From assembly GCF_009914755.1 (NCBI RefSeq), contig NC_060934.1: a stretch of 64,000 bases of DNA; one strand, given 5' to 3'. The position numbers and the translations under genes are program-made. Every line of letters starts with the position of its first letter. Positions within the stretch are counted from its first letter, which is position 1. Source of the DNA: the human T2T-CHM13v2.0 reference genome, Homo sapiens. Under the pieces are notes generated by a model. The model saw nothing but the letters and a program-made list of their open reading frames with translations, had not been told where the DNA came from and ran no database searches. Below, piece after piece: positions 35,342-51,393 of this stretch.

Positions 35342-35909
35342 GTATCTGTTTCATTCAGCACAGAATTCCCCATCCCCGGAACAGGTCCTGGCACTTAGTA
35401 GATGCTCAATAAGTATTTGTGGAAGGTAGGAGAGAGTCTCCCGTTACTTCCCACAGTTGATTTTGCTCGCTTCCTACCCCAGCTCTCTTAAAACTCTGAG
35501 TTCTGCTCACTGTTCTCTGGGTCTAGAACACACTTCCAACCCCTCCTTTGTCAGGGGAACTGTAATTTGTTCTCCATCCTTCAGCTCAAAACGTTTCTTC
35601 TCCAGGTGCCTGCTCTGCAGTGCCAGTGTGGGCCCAGTCCCTGGACACAGGCCATCAGATTTGCCATATTGTATTGAAATGTTCTGCCTATGCACAGGTA
35701 TTCTGTCCAACTAGAACTGGAAACTCCTTGAGAGTAGGGCTGTATCTTTTCTATCACCATATCCCCAGGACCCAGCACAGAACCTGGCTCCTCAAAGCAG
35801 CCTACATCTTTTTGATGTGCATGAAGCTTAGAGAGCATGACTCATGTGTTCTAAAACCTTTAGCCTCTCTTTCGTTTATCCAACAAACAATTACTGACCA
35901 CCTGCATAC

Positions 35910-37620
35910 AGTTTCTTATCCTGGTGTCAGTGAATTTACAGAGTTTGTGAACTTGGATGTAAAAAATTGACATGTTTCATTTTGGTAACCTTGAACTAAT
36001 ATTCAGCATTTCCATAAATTGTGAACATAGGCCTCCAAACCACAGTAGTGTTAGTAGTACCTGTGACTTTTGTCAGATAGTTTCACGTCACATTATAGCT
36101 GTGGCAGGCCTTGTAAATAGCATTTATTCTCATCACCACCTTGAAATTACAATAGTGATTACACCCACATTGAATCTCACTATTTTAAGTGTTAATAAAA
36201 GAACACATACATGTATCGCATTTTGTATGTTTTGATAACTGTTTCAATTATATTTCAATCTACTTGTTTTCTATTCAGTCTTATGGGTTTTATTTTATGC
36301 ATCTGAAGGCATTATTCTGGCTGGATCCTCCTCTCTCATCTTATGCAAAAATCAACTCAAGATGGATCAAAGACTTAAATCTAAGACACGAAACCATAAA
36401 AGTTCTACAAGATAACATCAGAAAAACCCTTCTAGACATTGGCTTAGGCAAAGACTTCATGCCCAATGATCCAAAAGCAAATGCAACAAAAACAAAGATA
36501 AATAGATGGGACTTAATTAAACTAAAAAGCTCCTGCACAGCCAAAGAAATAATCAGCAGAGTAAACAGACAACCCACAGAGTGGGAGAAAATCTTCACAA
36601 ACTATGCACCTGAGAAAGGGCTAATATCCAGAATCTACAAGGATCTCAAACAAATCAGCAAGGAAAAAAAACCCAAATAATCCCATCAAAAAGCGGGCTG
36701 AGGGCATGAATTGACAATTCTCAAAAGAAGATACACAAATGGCCAACAAACATATGAAAAAATGCTCAACATCACTAATTATCAGGAAATGCAACTCCAA
36801 ACCACGTCATACCACCTTACTCCTGCAAGAATGGCCACAATTTAAAAATCAAAAAATAATATATGTTGAGTATGGATGTGGTGAAAAGGGAGCACTTTTA
36901 CACTGCTGGTGGGACTGTAAACTAGTACAACCACTATGGAAAACAGTATGGAGGATCCTTAAATAACTAAAAGTAGATCTACCATTTGATCTGGCAATCC
37001 CACTGCTGGGTCTCTACCCAGAGGAAGAGAAGTCGTTATATGAAAAAGACACTTGCACACGCATGTTTATAGCAGCACAATTCACAACTGCAAAAATATG
37101 GAACCAGCCCAAATGCCCATCAATCAACAGGTGAATAAAGAAAATGTCGTATATATACATCATGGAATACTACTTGGCCATAAAAAGGAGCAAAATAATG
37201 GCATTTGCAGCAACCTGGATAGAGTTGCAGACCGTTATTCTAAGTAAAGTAAGGAATGGAAAACAAAACATCATCTGTTCTCATAAGTGGGAGCTAAGCT
37301 ATGAGAACACAAAGACATAAGTGATACAATGGACTTTGGGGACTAGAAGGGTAGAAGGAATAAAAGACTACACATTGGGTACAGTGTACACTGCTTGGGT
37401 GATGAGCACACCAAAATCTCAGAAATCACCACTCAAGAACTTATCCATGTAAGTTCAGAACTTATCCATGTAAGTTAACCATGTAACAAGTAGTGAACAA
37501 ACATCATTTGTTCCCCCAAAAACCTATTGAAATAAAAAAATTAAAAGCATTATTCTGAGAAAAGGTCCATGGGCTTCATCAGAGGCCAAAGGGGTTCCTG
37601 ACCCCAGAAGCCAGCCCTCT
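35910..37620 (+). mobile_element. Charlie4a-like hAT element split by L1PB
   Basis: gtgaacttggatg, aaaccacagtagtgttagtagtacctgtgacttt, cattattctgaga..ggtccatgggcttca. Confidence 0.7.
36320..37543 (+). mobile_element. 5'-truncated L1PB-type LINE-1 (decayed ORF2 C-terminus + 3' UTR)
   Basis: translates to [10 protein letters not shown]...WDLIKLKS...[10 protein letters not shown] and HCWWDCKLVQPLWKTVW with frameshifts; TSD aa(g/a)gcattattctg at 36306 and 37544. Confidence 0.95.
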
Positions 37621-37639
37621 TCTGAGACCTGGGTCTACA

Positions 37640-38000
37640 ACCCTAAACAAGAGTGATCTCTGCTCTCACAGCACTGCACTCCAATGGGTGAGGCAGAGAA
37701 TAAAGGAAACAAGTGCACAGATGAATACATAATATCACTTCACATTGTGACAACTACTATGAGAAAAATAGAAGAGGGTCACGGGCAAAGGCTGAGAGGA
37801 GGAAGAGGAACTGATTTGATAGTGTGGCTGGGAAAGGCTCTCAGAGGAGAGGATATTTGAGCAGAGACCTGAATGGTAAGGAGTGAGCCATAGCAGGAGC
37901 TGGGGGAAGAGCGAGCCAGGCAGAGGCAATGTCAGTGCAAAGGCCCTGAGGCAGGCCTGAGTTGGGCATGCTGATGAGTGGCTGCGGGCCTTGAGGGAGG
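37640..38000 (-). mobile_element. L2 fragment
   Basis: ggaaaggctctcagaggagaggatatttgagcagagacctgaatg...tgcaaaggccctgaggcagg. Confidence 0.75.
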
Positions 38001-39329
38001 GAGCTAAAGTGGGGAACTTAGCTGGGCCAGTCCTGCAGGTCGCCTCTTCCAGTCCTACCATGCCCCCTCCCCAGGTGCTCAGTAGAGCTCTGTGCACGAG
38101 GAAGACCTCTCGGATAGCCTGGATGCACCTCCAGTATCATCCCGCAGTAAACGTACCAGGGTCCTTGGGTTTACCAACAGCCGGAGGCTTGGTTTTCAAT
38201 CTTTGTTTGGCTGTCTCCCAACTTGAACAGTTAGTTTTAGAATACTGAGTTTTTTTGCAATGTAACATTTTCAAGTATCTGTGAACTGAAATTTTTGTAA
38301 TTCTAGAGCCATTTTTACCAGAAAACTCACCACTGAGTTCCGCGAATAGCTCAGATGAATGCAAAATCAAGGTACAGCTTGGATGTAATTGCTTAACTAG
38401 TCTTCACGTCCCATTGGCAAGACAAAACGGGGATTTCCTTTTGAAGTCACAGCTTGACGTCTACCATTTCCTCACAGTAAGGGGTGGGATGGATGGCTCT
38501 CCATGTGTCCAGAGCTGTTTGTTTTGTTTCTTCTACTCAACCGCAGTAGACAAACCCTGGCGATGAGTTCCATGTAGCAGTCCTTAATCACAAGAGTGTC
38601 TCCGTTTTCCATAAACACGGCAACATGCTTTTCATTCTCAGCATGCATATTTCCAATTGCCTGTCAGATTAGAAATGTACAGCTTGCTCTCAATAACCCA
38701 TTATAATTTTCGCGGTAAAATACAACCCTAAGAATTGAATGCCTTCAGGAAAACCAGTTAGTTCAAAAATACATTCTGCTTACATAATAAAAACTCTCTT
38801 CCATTGCAAGTGACCATGGAGCTCTGAGCTGGCTTTGTATACACAGGTTCAACATGGAACTCCAGCTGTTTCCAAAAATTAACGATGCAGTTCCCTAAAC
38901 TGAGGTGTGCTTCCACCTAGTGATCTGGACTCATCTTAGACAGAGGTAGCGGGCTATTGGAATGGCGGGCTTATTCATGGATTCAGTATTTAGTAAGCCC
39001 TACACCACAGGGGCAGTGTTTGGGGTGGGTCAGTTGCAATACCAACAGCTCATTCTCTTCCTGTGATGGACTCTCCCTCTGGTCCAGGAGATGACAGAAA
39101 TTCACCAACACCTGCTTCTGTGTGCCACGTCGGGGGATAGACAATAGACAGTCTCACCTCTTGTTGGGAGACGGATAAAGGCTTTAGAGAGAGCCTGGAC
39201 TTGAGAAATGATGGCGGGGACATGGCAGAGGCAATGATTCTGACTTCACACCTCGGTTTGATTGGCTCTTCAAAGTCTCTGCTTCTGTAACATGAAACCA
39301 GCGCAGGCTTCCCAGGAAGACAGAATTGT

Positions 39330-39545
39330 GTTAGAATCCCAGCTAAGCCATAAAGCTCATTTTTCACTTGGGCAAGTTTAATACTTCTCTGAGTCTCAGT
39401 TTCCTCATTTGTAAAACAGGGCCAATACTTTAGGGCTGTTTTTTGTTGTTGTTTGTTTTTTAAGGAGAGGACTAATGGTTCTGAAGTTCAGAGAACCATG
39501 CCTGGCACACAGCATTTGCTCAATAAATGGTAGCTGTTAATATTA
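39330..39545 (+). mobile_element. MIR
   Basis: ttgggcaagttta..cttctctgagtctcagtttcctcatttgtaaaa...gcctggcacacag...gctcaataaatggtagct. Confidence 0.75.
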
Positions 39546-40623
39546 TGAAGCAAGACCTAAACAGTAACTGGAAGACATTCAACTCTCTAGGACCACACCC
39601 AAAGAGGGAAAGGCAACATCTCAATAGCTGAGGGTAGCCACGAGCACCAGCAGGCCCGGAACGATTCCCACAGAGATGTGTTTGTTCAAGCTTTTTTTAT
39701 GGCTCGCTTCTGGTATCATTTCACAGGTCCCCATATTTGCAGCTTTGAGCTAACCTGCCAGATCCCAGGCCAGTGCTGTGACCGCCAAGCAGTGCGGAGC
39801 GGAGGGACATGCCTGCGCCAGGGAGAGGGGGGCATTGATGGATGTGAAGGAGACTGAGGAAGATTTTGCAGGCCAGATAGATTTTTGCAGCCTATTGATT
39901 TTGGAAGCCCATTTGCAGAACTCATTTGAGGGCTTGTCCAGGAGGCCTGTCCACAGCACGGAGCCTGGAAAAATGAAGCAGAACACTTGTTAATTCCTTC
40001 TGTGGCTCTGGGGCCACTGGGATGTGCCAGCCCCTGCTCCATCAACCTCAGGGCTCATTCCACTCCTCTGCTCCTCCAGGCCTCCGGGGGACTCAAGTGG
40101 GATAGCAATTCCCTGCCCAAGTTACAGGAAAGGCAAGTGTATGAAGAGGCCAGGAAGCCCCCGAGGCCAGTTGCACATATTATAAGTTACACTTGATTCT
40201 TTTTTTTTTTTTTACTGCATTTTTCCCTCTGCATAAAAATGTGTTTCTTAATATTCAAGAGGTGGGTAAGACAGTAAGCCTGAGAAATCCTACGAGCAGT
40301 TTAGCCCTTCAGCATTTGTCAGTCACTGTATCATGCCATCAGCGCTCATTTAGAACGACCCACTTGGTCAGTCATGCTGTTGTTACCCAAAACTACACTT
40401 AAATTCCTACATTCTTCTGTGTAAAGGAGGCAGACTCGAATGAAAGGCAGCTAGAATTATTCTAGGTTATACCTATAGACTGTAATGTTAGTTATAACCT
40501 CCAAGTTGACATCTTTGAAAGAGGCACATTTGCTTTTTTTTTAGTTAGTTAATCAGACCTAGGGTTGAAACTTAACTTGGACCTGCTAACTGTTTGATTT
40601 TGAGCAGCAAAATATGTCTATAT

Positions 40624-40943
<320 letters not shown>

Positions 40944-40944
40944 A

Positions 40945-41161
40945 TTTGTTTGTTTTTTAAAGACAGGGTCACCTAGGCCAGAGTGCAGCACCACTATCAC
41001 AGCTCACTGCGGTTTCAAACTCCTAAGCTCGAGCAATTCTCCTACTTCAGCCTCCTGAGCAGTTGGGCCTATAGGCACATGCCACCATACTCGACTAATT
41101 TTTTTTCCACCGTGACTTCCCAAAGTGCTGGGATTATAGGTGCAAGCCACTGTGCCCGGCC
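40945..41161 (-). mobile_element. internally deleted AluJ
   Basis: agacagggtc...cagctcactgc...cccaaagtgctgggattatagg; much of the left arm missing. Confidence 0.85.
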
Positions 41162-41352
41162 CTCTCTGTGTCTTCATGTCACCATCTGGGATTGTTACCT
41201 ACTTCATGGGACTGCTGTAAAGTTTATTTCATTGACTGTAAGGGGCCCAATACTGAACTAAGAAATAAAAGTTATGATCAATCAGACCAGACCTTCAGGG
41301 ATGGTATTTTTTTTTTTAAGAGAGGAATGACACGTGCTTTCTTATCACTTAG

Positions 41353-42010
<658 letters not shown>

Positions 42011-42305
42011 TTAGAATACCCATTGTATACTTATTAAGATAGCTCTTTTAAGCTTCTATGGACATTGATTTTTTAAAATCATGTACCATTCTTTTGCATT
42101 TTAATGAAATGGTAAATATAAATGAATTAAATTGACTAAGGTATGCCCAAACCTTCTTATTCAGAGCCCTATTTTTCTCAATCTTCTTTTAAACTAAGAG
42201 CTGGCACTGTTCATGTTTTCCCATACAGTATCATTCTCTGTGGCTGCCAGAGATATAGCAACCTCATTCTGGTAGTGACGTGACTTTTCTTTAAAAAGTG
42301 CTCCT

Positions 42306-42775
42306 CCTATTCACAATAGCAAAGATATGGCGTGAACCTAAATGCTCATCAATGGTAGACAGGATAAGGAAAATGTGGTACATATACACCATGGAATACT
42401 ACACAGCCATAAAAAAGAACGATCACATTCTTTGCAGGAACATAGATGAAGCTGGAGGCTGTCATTCTTAGCAAACTAACAGAAGAACAGAAAACCAAAT
42501 ACTGCATGTGTTCTCACTTATAAGTGGGAGCTAAATAACGAGAACACATGGACACAAAGAGGGGAACAGTAGGCACTGGGGCCTGCTTGAGGGTGGAGGG
42601 TGAGAGACGGAAGAAGAACAGAAAAAAACAACCATTGGGTACTAGGCTTAGTGCCTGGGTGACAAAATAATCTGTACAACAAACCCCTGAGACATGAGCT
42701 TACCCATATAACAAACCTGCACATGTACCCCTGAAACTAAAATAAAAGTTAAAAAAAAAAGAAAAGAAAGAAAAG
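42306..42775 (+). mobile_element. L1PA15/16-like 3' end
   Basis: catatacaccatggaatactacacagccataaaaaagaac...acaaacctgcacatgtacccctga + A-tail; TSD aagtgctcctc. Confidence 0.92.
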
Positions 42776-43226
42776 AAGTGCTCCTCTATCATCTCTGGGA
42801 TTTTTGTCCAAGTCTTTGACCCTACAAGTGCTGATGTTCACACACAAGCAGTAATGGCCACATCTGGCTGTGTGACTGACAGCTAGGATATAGTCATGCC
42901 AGTTTTTTTTTTTTTTTAAAGTTAAACTGCACATGTGTTCGAGAAATGTGCATGCTGGAATCTATGAAATACAAGACTCGGCATGTTGCCTGGCATGGAG
43001 GAGTTTTCAATATATATAATGATCCCTTCTCCCTGCCCCGACTCATTTTTTACTGTGCCCAAGTCTCTATTCATAAAGTAGATGAGATTCTTTGGTTGCA
43101 AGTCATAGAAACCAGCTCCAATGGACATAAGGAATTCCTTGTAAAGTTGGAGGTTCTAGCAGAACTAAAGGAAAGGCTGAAGATTGTAATCTTGGAAAAT
43201 ACTGGAACCAGGTCAACTCTTGGATC

Positions 43227-43581
43227 TTTTTCTTTTCTGGGTTTTTTTTTTTTCTGTGTGTGTGTGTTTTGTTTGTTTGTTTGTTTGTTTGTTTGTTTTG
43301 AGACAGAGTTTTGCTCTTTCGCCCAGGCTGGAGTGAACTGGCACGATCTTGGCTCACTGCAACCTCCACCCCCGGGTTCAAGAGATTCTCCTGCCTCCGC
43401 CTCCCAAGTAACTGGGATTACAGGCATGTGCCATGAGGCCCAGCTAATTTTTGTTATTTTTAGTTAGAGATGGGGTTTGCCATGTTGACCAGGCTGGTCT
43501 TGAACTCCTGACCTCAGGTGATCTACCTGCCTCGGCCTCCGAAAGTGCTAGGATTACAGGCATGAGCCACCGCACCTGGCC
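43227..43581 (-). mobile_element. Alu (AluS) with compound T/TG/TTTG tail
   Basis: TSD aactcttggatct. Confidence 0.96.
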
Positions 43582-44218
43582 AACTCTTGGATCTAAGTTA
43601 TGAGAAAAAGAGGACTTTCACTTGCGGGTGTCACATCAGCCGATTTGTTCAGACCTGGTTCAGATTAGAGAGCAGCAAAGCAGCTTTGAGGACGGGCCTC
43701 AATTCCGGCTGTGGGTGGAATGGAGGGAAGAGTGTCACATGTTGGATGAATGGGTCTTGTTGAGCATCCTCAGCACCCCGCAGAGGGTGCTGAGTGAGGA
43801 AGTCCATGAAGGCTTACAAAGCCATTTCCAATTCCCCTGGCCACAGGAAGGAGAACCAGCTCGGCAGTTTACAGGCACTCAGCAGGCTGAAACGATGACC
43901 ACAAGGCAGGCTGGCTGCCTCCCACATCTGACTACAGCAGGGTAGGAAATAACACGGATAAAATGACTTGGCTGCAAAAGTGATCTGTCGTCAATAACGA
44001 TGACCATAGCATTCTGGGGCTCCATGCAGTTCCCTTGCGAAGGCAAAGAAAACCCCCACCTGGAGGCAGTTCCTATGGAGGCAAGGTGGCAAAGTGTCCT
44101 TCTGAACTCTGTTGGGAAGCCATCTGACCCTGGCTGAGTGAGAGGGCTCTGTGCTCCAAGATCCTTTGTTCTTCCTTCACTTTTCACCTTGTGCCACTTC
44201 TCACTGGTGGCTCCTCAT

Positions 44219-44961
<743 letters not shown>

Positions 44962-46477
44962 CTCACCCTATTGTGAGGACTTCTCTCAGGGCAGCAACGG
45001 GAAGCATTTTTGCTTCGTTGCATTGGTAATGACTAGCTCAATACATGTTGGTGGGAAAAAATGAATGACAAGAAGTGTCTGCTGCATGTCAGACCGGGGG
45101 TCCAGACATCTGCCTCCGGATTTCAGAGCAGGGAGCAGTTTCTGTGGGGCAAAGATGTCCCAAAAATCTTCACATACAAGAAGTCCTGGACCTGGGTTTT
45201 GAAGGATCACTGGTATTCAGAGAGGTACGAAGTGTCCATCCCCGCAGAAGGGAATGCACCTGTCCCACACCTGTGTATTGGGTGCCCACCATGTGCTGGG
45301 TGCTGTGTACACAGGACGTGCCGTGGGGCTCAGATGGTGGAGTGGAGGGAGATATGGACACAGAGGTGGAGGCCAGCTTCTGGAAGGCCTTAGTGTAAGC
45401 TGGAAAAAGTTCTCAGTTTTTACAAACAGAATTCTGTCCAAGGTTCTAGACGCTTTATTTGGTTATCCTGGCCCCAACTTTTCTCAAGCTGGGGGTGGCC
45501 AGTTTATTGGGTGGATCTCCAAGGGCTGGTCTCGCAGACTCTCCAGATGGTTCCTATCTTCAGGCCCAATTTACGAGCCTACATGAGGAGTCAGTGGATA
45601 CCCAGTCCTGCTGCAGCCTCTGAGAAAGTGAAGGCAGAGGATTGGCCCCAGGAAGGAGGGCTCCCAGGGCAGGAAGATGCTGGGAGGCCCAGCGGGCAGC
45701 CAGCCTGCTTGGTGGTAAAAGCGGCCCGGAATTTCCATGGAGAGAGCCAAGTCTGGAAGCAGCCCTCAAAGCGTCTCTTCCAACTGTTTGGGCAGCCAGG
45801 GAGCACAGTGCCAGGGGCAACACTGACAAAGTGACCTGGAGGAGCATCGGAATCCACACTCGGCCCCGGGGGGCCTGGCCACAGGTCAGCAACAACACCC
45901 ATGGAAGCAATAGCAGGAAGGGGTTCTGGGACTCTGGAGGGAGCGTGGAGGGCCACATCCGCTGTGCCCACGCGGCGAGCAGCCTCGCAGGCGGGGAGAG
46001 GAGGCCTCCAGCTCCCATCCTGTGAATGGCACCATCTTTCGTGCCAGTCAAAGAGTCGTGCTGTTTGTCAGGAGCACAAGTGCTCATCTTCACCAGCTCT
46101 TCCGGGTAAAACTTATTTTTGAGGGAAAAGTTTTTTTCAGGTACAAAATGCAACCTTTGTTGATCTGACTGCATTGAGAAATGACTCCTCTCCTGCTAAC
46201 AGTAACATTAAAACTCCCAACCTCCATTGGCCTTTACAATGAAAGGTACATTAGTTCAGGTCTTTCTGCGTAAGGCAAGGGCGACCTCAATCTATGGGAG
46301 CCAGGGCCACCCACATGGGCTGTATCTTGGTCCTGGGAAACCAGGCTCAGCAGAGGAATTGGGGTAGAGACCGCACTTTACAAACCATGCCTTCTGGAAG
46401 GTCACAGAACTTTTCTCTTTGGCCTCATAACACTTCCTCCTAAACTAGTTCCTCTTCCCGATTCCCCAGCTCTGTTA

Positions 46478-46800
46478 ATTCAGTTTAATTATTTAACAAG
46501 TATTTATTGAGCACCTACTATGTGTCAAGCAGTGCCATGGGCTTTTGGGATACATCAGTGAATGAAATCAATACACACCCTTGCCCTAATAGAGCTTGCA
46601 TTCTAGCTGGAGGTGGAGGTCAGGGAGATGGAAAATGAACAATACACATAATCAATAAGTATGTTAGATATCATGTTTGAATATGAACAATGCAATGGGG
46701 GAACAAAGTAGGGCCGGGGTGAGCAGCATCAGGGGCCCGGGTACAGGGACGGAGGGCAGGGCAGGTGACAGCATTAAACAGAGTAGGCAGGCATCACACT
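46478..46800 (-). mobile_element. L2 3' fragment
   Basis: aacaagtatttattgagcacctactatgtgtcaagc...gagcttgcattctag. Confidence 0.8.
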
Positions 46801-46807
46801 CTGAAAA

Positions 46808-47172
46808 TGTACATCTCAGAACTGAGTAACCGGCCAAGCATCCGCTGCTGGGCTCTGAGATGCGCTTGCTTTCAGGACAGGCCTTCCACAGGCTGCTGAC
46901 AGCACTGCAGGGATGTGAGGCCCGTTCCTGGGAGACACGGGGCTACTTTGGCTCAAGGTGCCCCGACAGCCATGCTGAACTTTCTTAAGAGTCACCTGCA
47001 GATTAAGATACTCCCACCTAACCTCCCTGCCATCTCTCCTTTGCCGGCGTCAGACTCTCCCAGCCTCTCCTTGCTCTCGCCTGGTTTTCTTTCACTGGAG
47101 TGGCTCCTAAGAAATCTCTTGACCAGCTAAGCCCATTGAGGCATCTGCCTCTTCGAGGAGCCTGCTAACCCA
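46808..47172 (+). mobile_element. LTR16A-like ERVL solo LTR
   Basis: aggcccgttcctgggagacacgggg, actttggctcaagg, ggcatctgcctcttcgaggagcctgctaaccca end. Confidence 0.6.
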
Positions 47173-47970
47173 TTAGGTTAGGCCTCAGTGGGAAGGTGGG
47201 ATTGGAGCGTTGAGTGATGCGTGGAGCGTAGGGAGTAGCTGAGTTAGTGGTGCCACATCCTCTTGTGTGGGAAGCTGCTCGCTGGCGCCCTCCTCTGTTC
47301 CAAAGTTGCCAGATCTTGTCCATCACCCCAGAAACAGCTCCTGCGTTTAACCTCTTCGTGCCATTCCCACCATATAAACCTTTAAGGGTCTTATTATGTC
47401 CCCTAGGCTATTGCCCCGCCACCATTCTCTTCCTTCTCACCCCTGCAATCCATGCTGCTCACTGCTTCCAGGTGACTCTCCTAAGTCATGCCCCGATCTT
47501 GGTGCTCCCCTGCTCAGAAACCTCCAGTGGCTCTCTGCAGTTTCTTAGCCTGACATCTGAGGCCAACCACATCTGTCTCCAGTGGGCTTTCTCAGCACTG
47601 CAGAGAGCTCCAGGTGTTAGAGCTGGATGGGATCCAGGCTACTGAACTCTGCCACCTCTACACAACTCTGCATTTCTGCCAGGTGATTAGCTGTGTTTGA
47701 GTGCCTTCAGTGATGGGAACCTCACTTCTCAGCTCACATCTCCCTGAAGAGTCAATACACTAGCCCTGGTTCTGCCCCTTGAGCTGTAAGGGAGAAGACC
47801 CCTTCCCCTCCCATGACAGCCCTTCACTTACTGGAAGTCAGTGATTCTATCTCCCATGAGTCATCATTTTTTGTCATAACCTGTCTAGTATGGAAAAAAG
47901 ATGTCACCTGTGTCTCCTATGAAATAACCTGAAATCCCTGGCACCCAGGCTCCTCTCCACTGAATGCACT

Positions 47971-48683
<713 letters not shown>

Positions 48684-49399
48684 AAACTCTAATCCGGTCT
48701 GTATGCCCCCATAGCATTGCACCTCATAGAGAACATAGTAACCCAGAGTGGGTGCCCAGTGCGGACAGGACAGGCCTTTCTGTTTTCTCTGCACAGGGTG
48801 ACCTGGGCCTGCAGCTGACTGCTTCAGCAACCCACCATCCTGTGCCCCAGCTGAACTGATAGTGACCAAACCATTGAGTCCCGGGTACACAGGCTGTGGC
48901 TGAGCAAATGTATTCATTCCTACATTTGAGCAATTAGGTCAAAAGGCAGGCTGTATTGAAGTTTGCCTTATTAGGCTGGGCTGCCTTGTTCCTGCACGCC
49001 TGGCTCTTCCTAGATCCTGATAGGGTCCTGTGGTTTCTCCATTCCTCCTCCTCCCACTGACATCACCCCACCTGGAATACACACATGCCACTAGGAGTTG
49101 CTGTTGAGGATGCCAAATGGTTTGTGGCCAACACAGGCCCTGTGAGATAATCACTGAGAGCCCCCTCCAGACTAACCCATGCTTTGATCACCACCCAGGG
49201 CTGTGATCCACCAGCCAGGGATCCAGCTGGCCATTGCATCTCCCAGCCCAGTCTCAGCCCTTGCACCATATTACCTATGGATAGCTCCAATCCAGGTAGA
49301 CCCAATTACTGGCCTCCTATAGACATTTCTCCTATGTTTCCCTTTCTGTGCCCTGATGTGAACCAGTCTTCCAGGAACACTTTCAGCAGAGGGCATGGC

Positions 49400-49830
49400 T
49401 CAACAGGACATGCTCTGGACTCCAGCTCCCTGGGTTCTTCCCCTCTCTGTGCTGTGGTTTCCCCATCTGTAAAATGGGGATAATAGTAACCTCATAGGGG
49501 TTTATGGGGATTAAAGGAGTAGGTACATGTGAGAGTTCTAGAACCATGACTCTTCATACTGAGCACTCACTGAGTATTAACTAACGTTATCAGAGACTGC
49601 AAAGCACAAGTGCTGAGCAGCTAGCTCTGGAGACAGACTGTTAACCACTGTAGGACTGGGGCAAGTTATTTCATTTCACTAGGCTGCAGTTTTCTCACCT
49701 GTATGAGGAATGGGGAGAATAATAGCACCTACCACACAGGGTTTCCACCAAGATTAAATAAATTAATAAAGCAGAGCCCTGAGCACAGTGCAGGCATGCT
49801 GTTCACCCCTGTGTTTGTTGGGCAGTGTTA
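49400..49830 (+). mobile_element. two adjacent MIR fragments
   Basis: ccatctgtaaaatgggataatagt and gggcaagttattt...cagttttctcacctgta cores. Confidence 0.6.
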
Positions 49831-49944
49831 TTAATGCTGTTTTCCCTGTTGCTGACTATTGAAACCAGAGCCCTCCTCAAGAGCCTGCTTCAGTGTCACC
49901 CCAGCAAACACTTACGAAATATCTACTCTGCCCAAGGCAGTGTG

Positions 49945-50345
49945 CTATTTGTTTGTTTTAACTTTTTATTCTGAAATAATTTCAAACTCACAGTTGAAAA
50001 AACATTGCAAGAATAATACAGAAAGGACCTCTATATACCCTTTACCCACGTTCATTGGTCTTCACCGTCTTGCCACATTTATCACTCTCTCTCTTTATTG
50101 GTTGCAGACATCATGACCCTTTACCCCCATGTATCTATTTATGTTTCCTAAAGGCTAGGATGTCCTCTTAGGAAACCACAGGACGGTTGTCAGATTCAAG
50201 AATTTAACACTTACATGTTTTATCTAATCCACAGTTCCTATTCCAATTTTGTCCACTGTCCCAATTACATCTCTTCCAGCACTTTTTGTTCCAGTCCCAA
50301 GTCCAGTCCAGAATCACACACTACATTTAGTTACCATGTGTGCTT
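49945..50345 (-). mobile_element. L1MC/ME-type 3' fragment
   Basis: ttattctgaaataatttcaaactcacag...tataccctttaccca...ccagaatcacacactacatttagtt. Confidence 0.7.
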
Positions 50346-50384
50346 AAGAATTTATGATTCAACCACAAACAAGGCATGAAGTCC

Positions 50385-50935
50385 CATCCCTAATATTTAT
50401 GAGGCCTAGGCAAGATCACTACAGGAGATCCATGTACCATATGTCTAAATATGTTAAGGTTTTTTTTTTTAACTGTTAATTAATAGGTTCTCTCTGTAAA
50501 CCTGGAAAAATATACCTTTATAACAACCTGGAAGTCCATGTTTGAATGTGGAATTCTTGGACCTCTTGGGGTTCTGAGCTGGAATTGATGGCTTGGGAAG
50601 GGTAGGCTCCTGTCCCTGGCCTGTAGCCTGTCCTTCTCTTTCCATCCGATGCTAAACCATACCATATGGGGCCTTGCGTGCACATAAGACACAAGTGGAC
50701 CGCCTAGTTTCATTCCCAATTTCTGTCCACACCCTACAAATGGCTGCCCTTGGCCTTCCACTTAGACTCAAGGGGGCCCACACAGGGGAGAGGCTTACAC
50801 AGGTCCTAGACATAGGCTTCTTAAATCCACTGAGGCTGAGAATGTTGGTCCCTGCCTTCTGTGGCAGGACCTAACTAATGGGGAGGAGACAGAGGCTCCA
50901 GATGCGCATGTCCTTCTAGCCTCAGATTCCTCACC
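50385..50935. mobile_element. MER115-like hAT-Tip100 element
   Basis: ccctaatatttatgaggcct, accatatgtctaaatat, aaatatacctttataacaacctggaag. Confidence 0.6.
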
Positions 50936-51393
50936 CTATGGAATGGGGTTCCACTGAAGAAGCCCAGAGTAGGATTCTTAAACAGGGGTCCCAGACTAGG
51001 GATTCCCCCCTGCCAAGGTCTAAGGATGGTCCTGAAAATATGACCTTTGTTTTCAAAATCTTTCAGTCTACCAGAGAAGATAGACAGGTAATTATACCCA
51101 TGAGGTTAGTGCTCAGGTGGAGGCGAGCCTACAGTGTTATTACTACATGTTCAAAAGGGCCTTCTTCCTCTAAATTGGCAGTCCTTTACTTATTCCTCTG
51201 TAGTGGCAGCAACCCTATCATTTGGGTAGGAAAATGTGTGTATGTATCATTCCCCTCATCCTTGGCTTGTCTTGATGACAGCAATCATGCTTTTTTGCTC
51301 TGCATATCTTAGCACTTAGTACGGTGTCTGTCACAGAGTAGATACTCAGGAAACAGAAACTGAATGAACAAATGCACAGCTGACTTACAGAAG

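Noticed and set aside
35836-35846. Isolated AP-1 sites (also 17631, 47856)
   Set aside because: 7-9-bp motifs occur by chance at this frequency; no supporting context
36189-37247. L1 ORF2-like peptides as a functional CDS
   Set aside because: 5'-truncated and broken by stops and frameshifts; annotated as a mobile-element fossil
38137-38370. KPKDPGTFT resembling a Gypsy-type KDPGSF motif
   Set aside because: Only a few residues, with no flanking protease/gag similarity or LTRs
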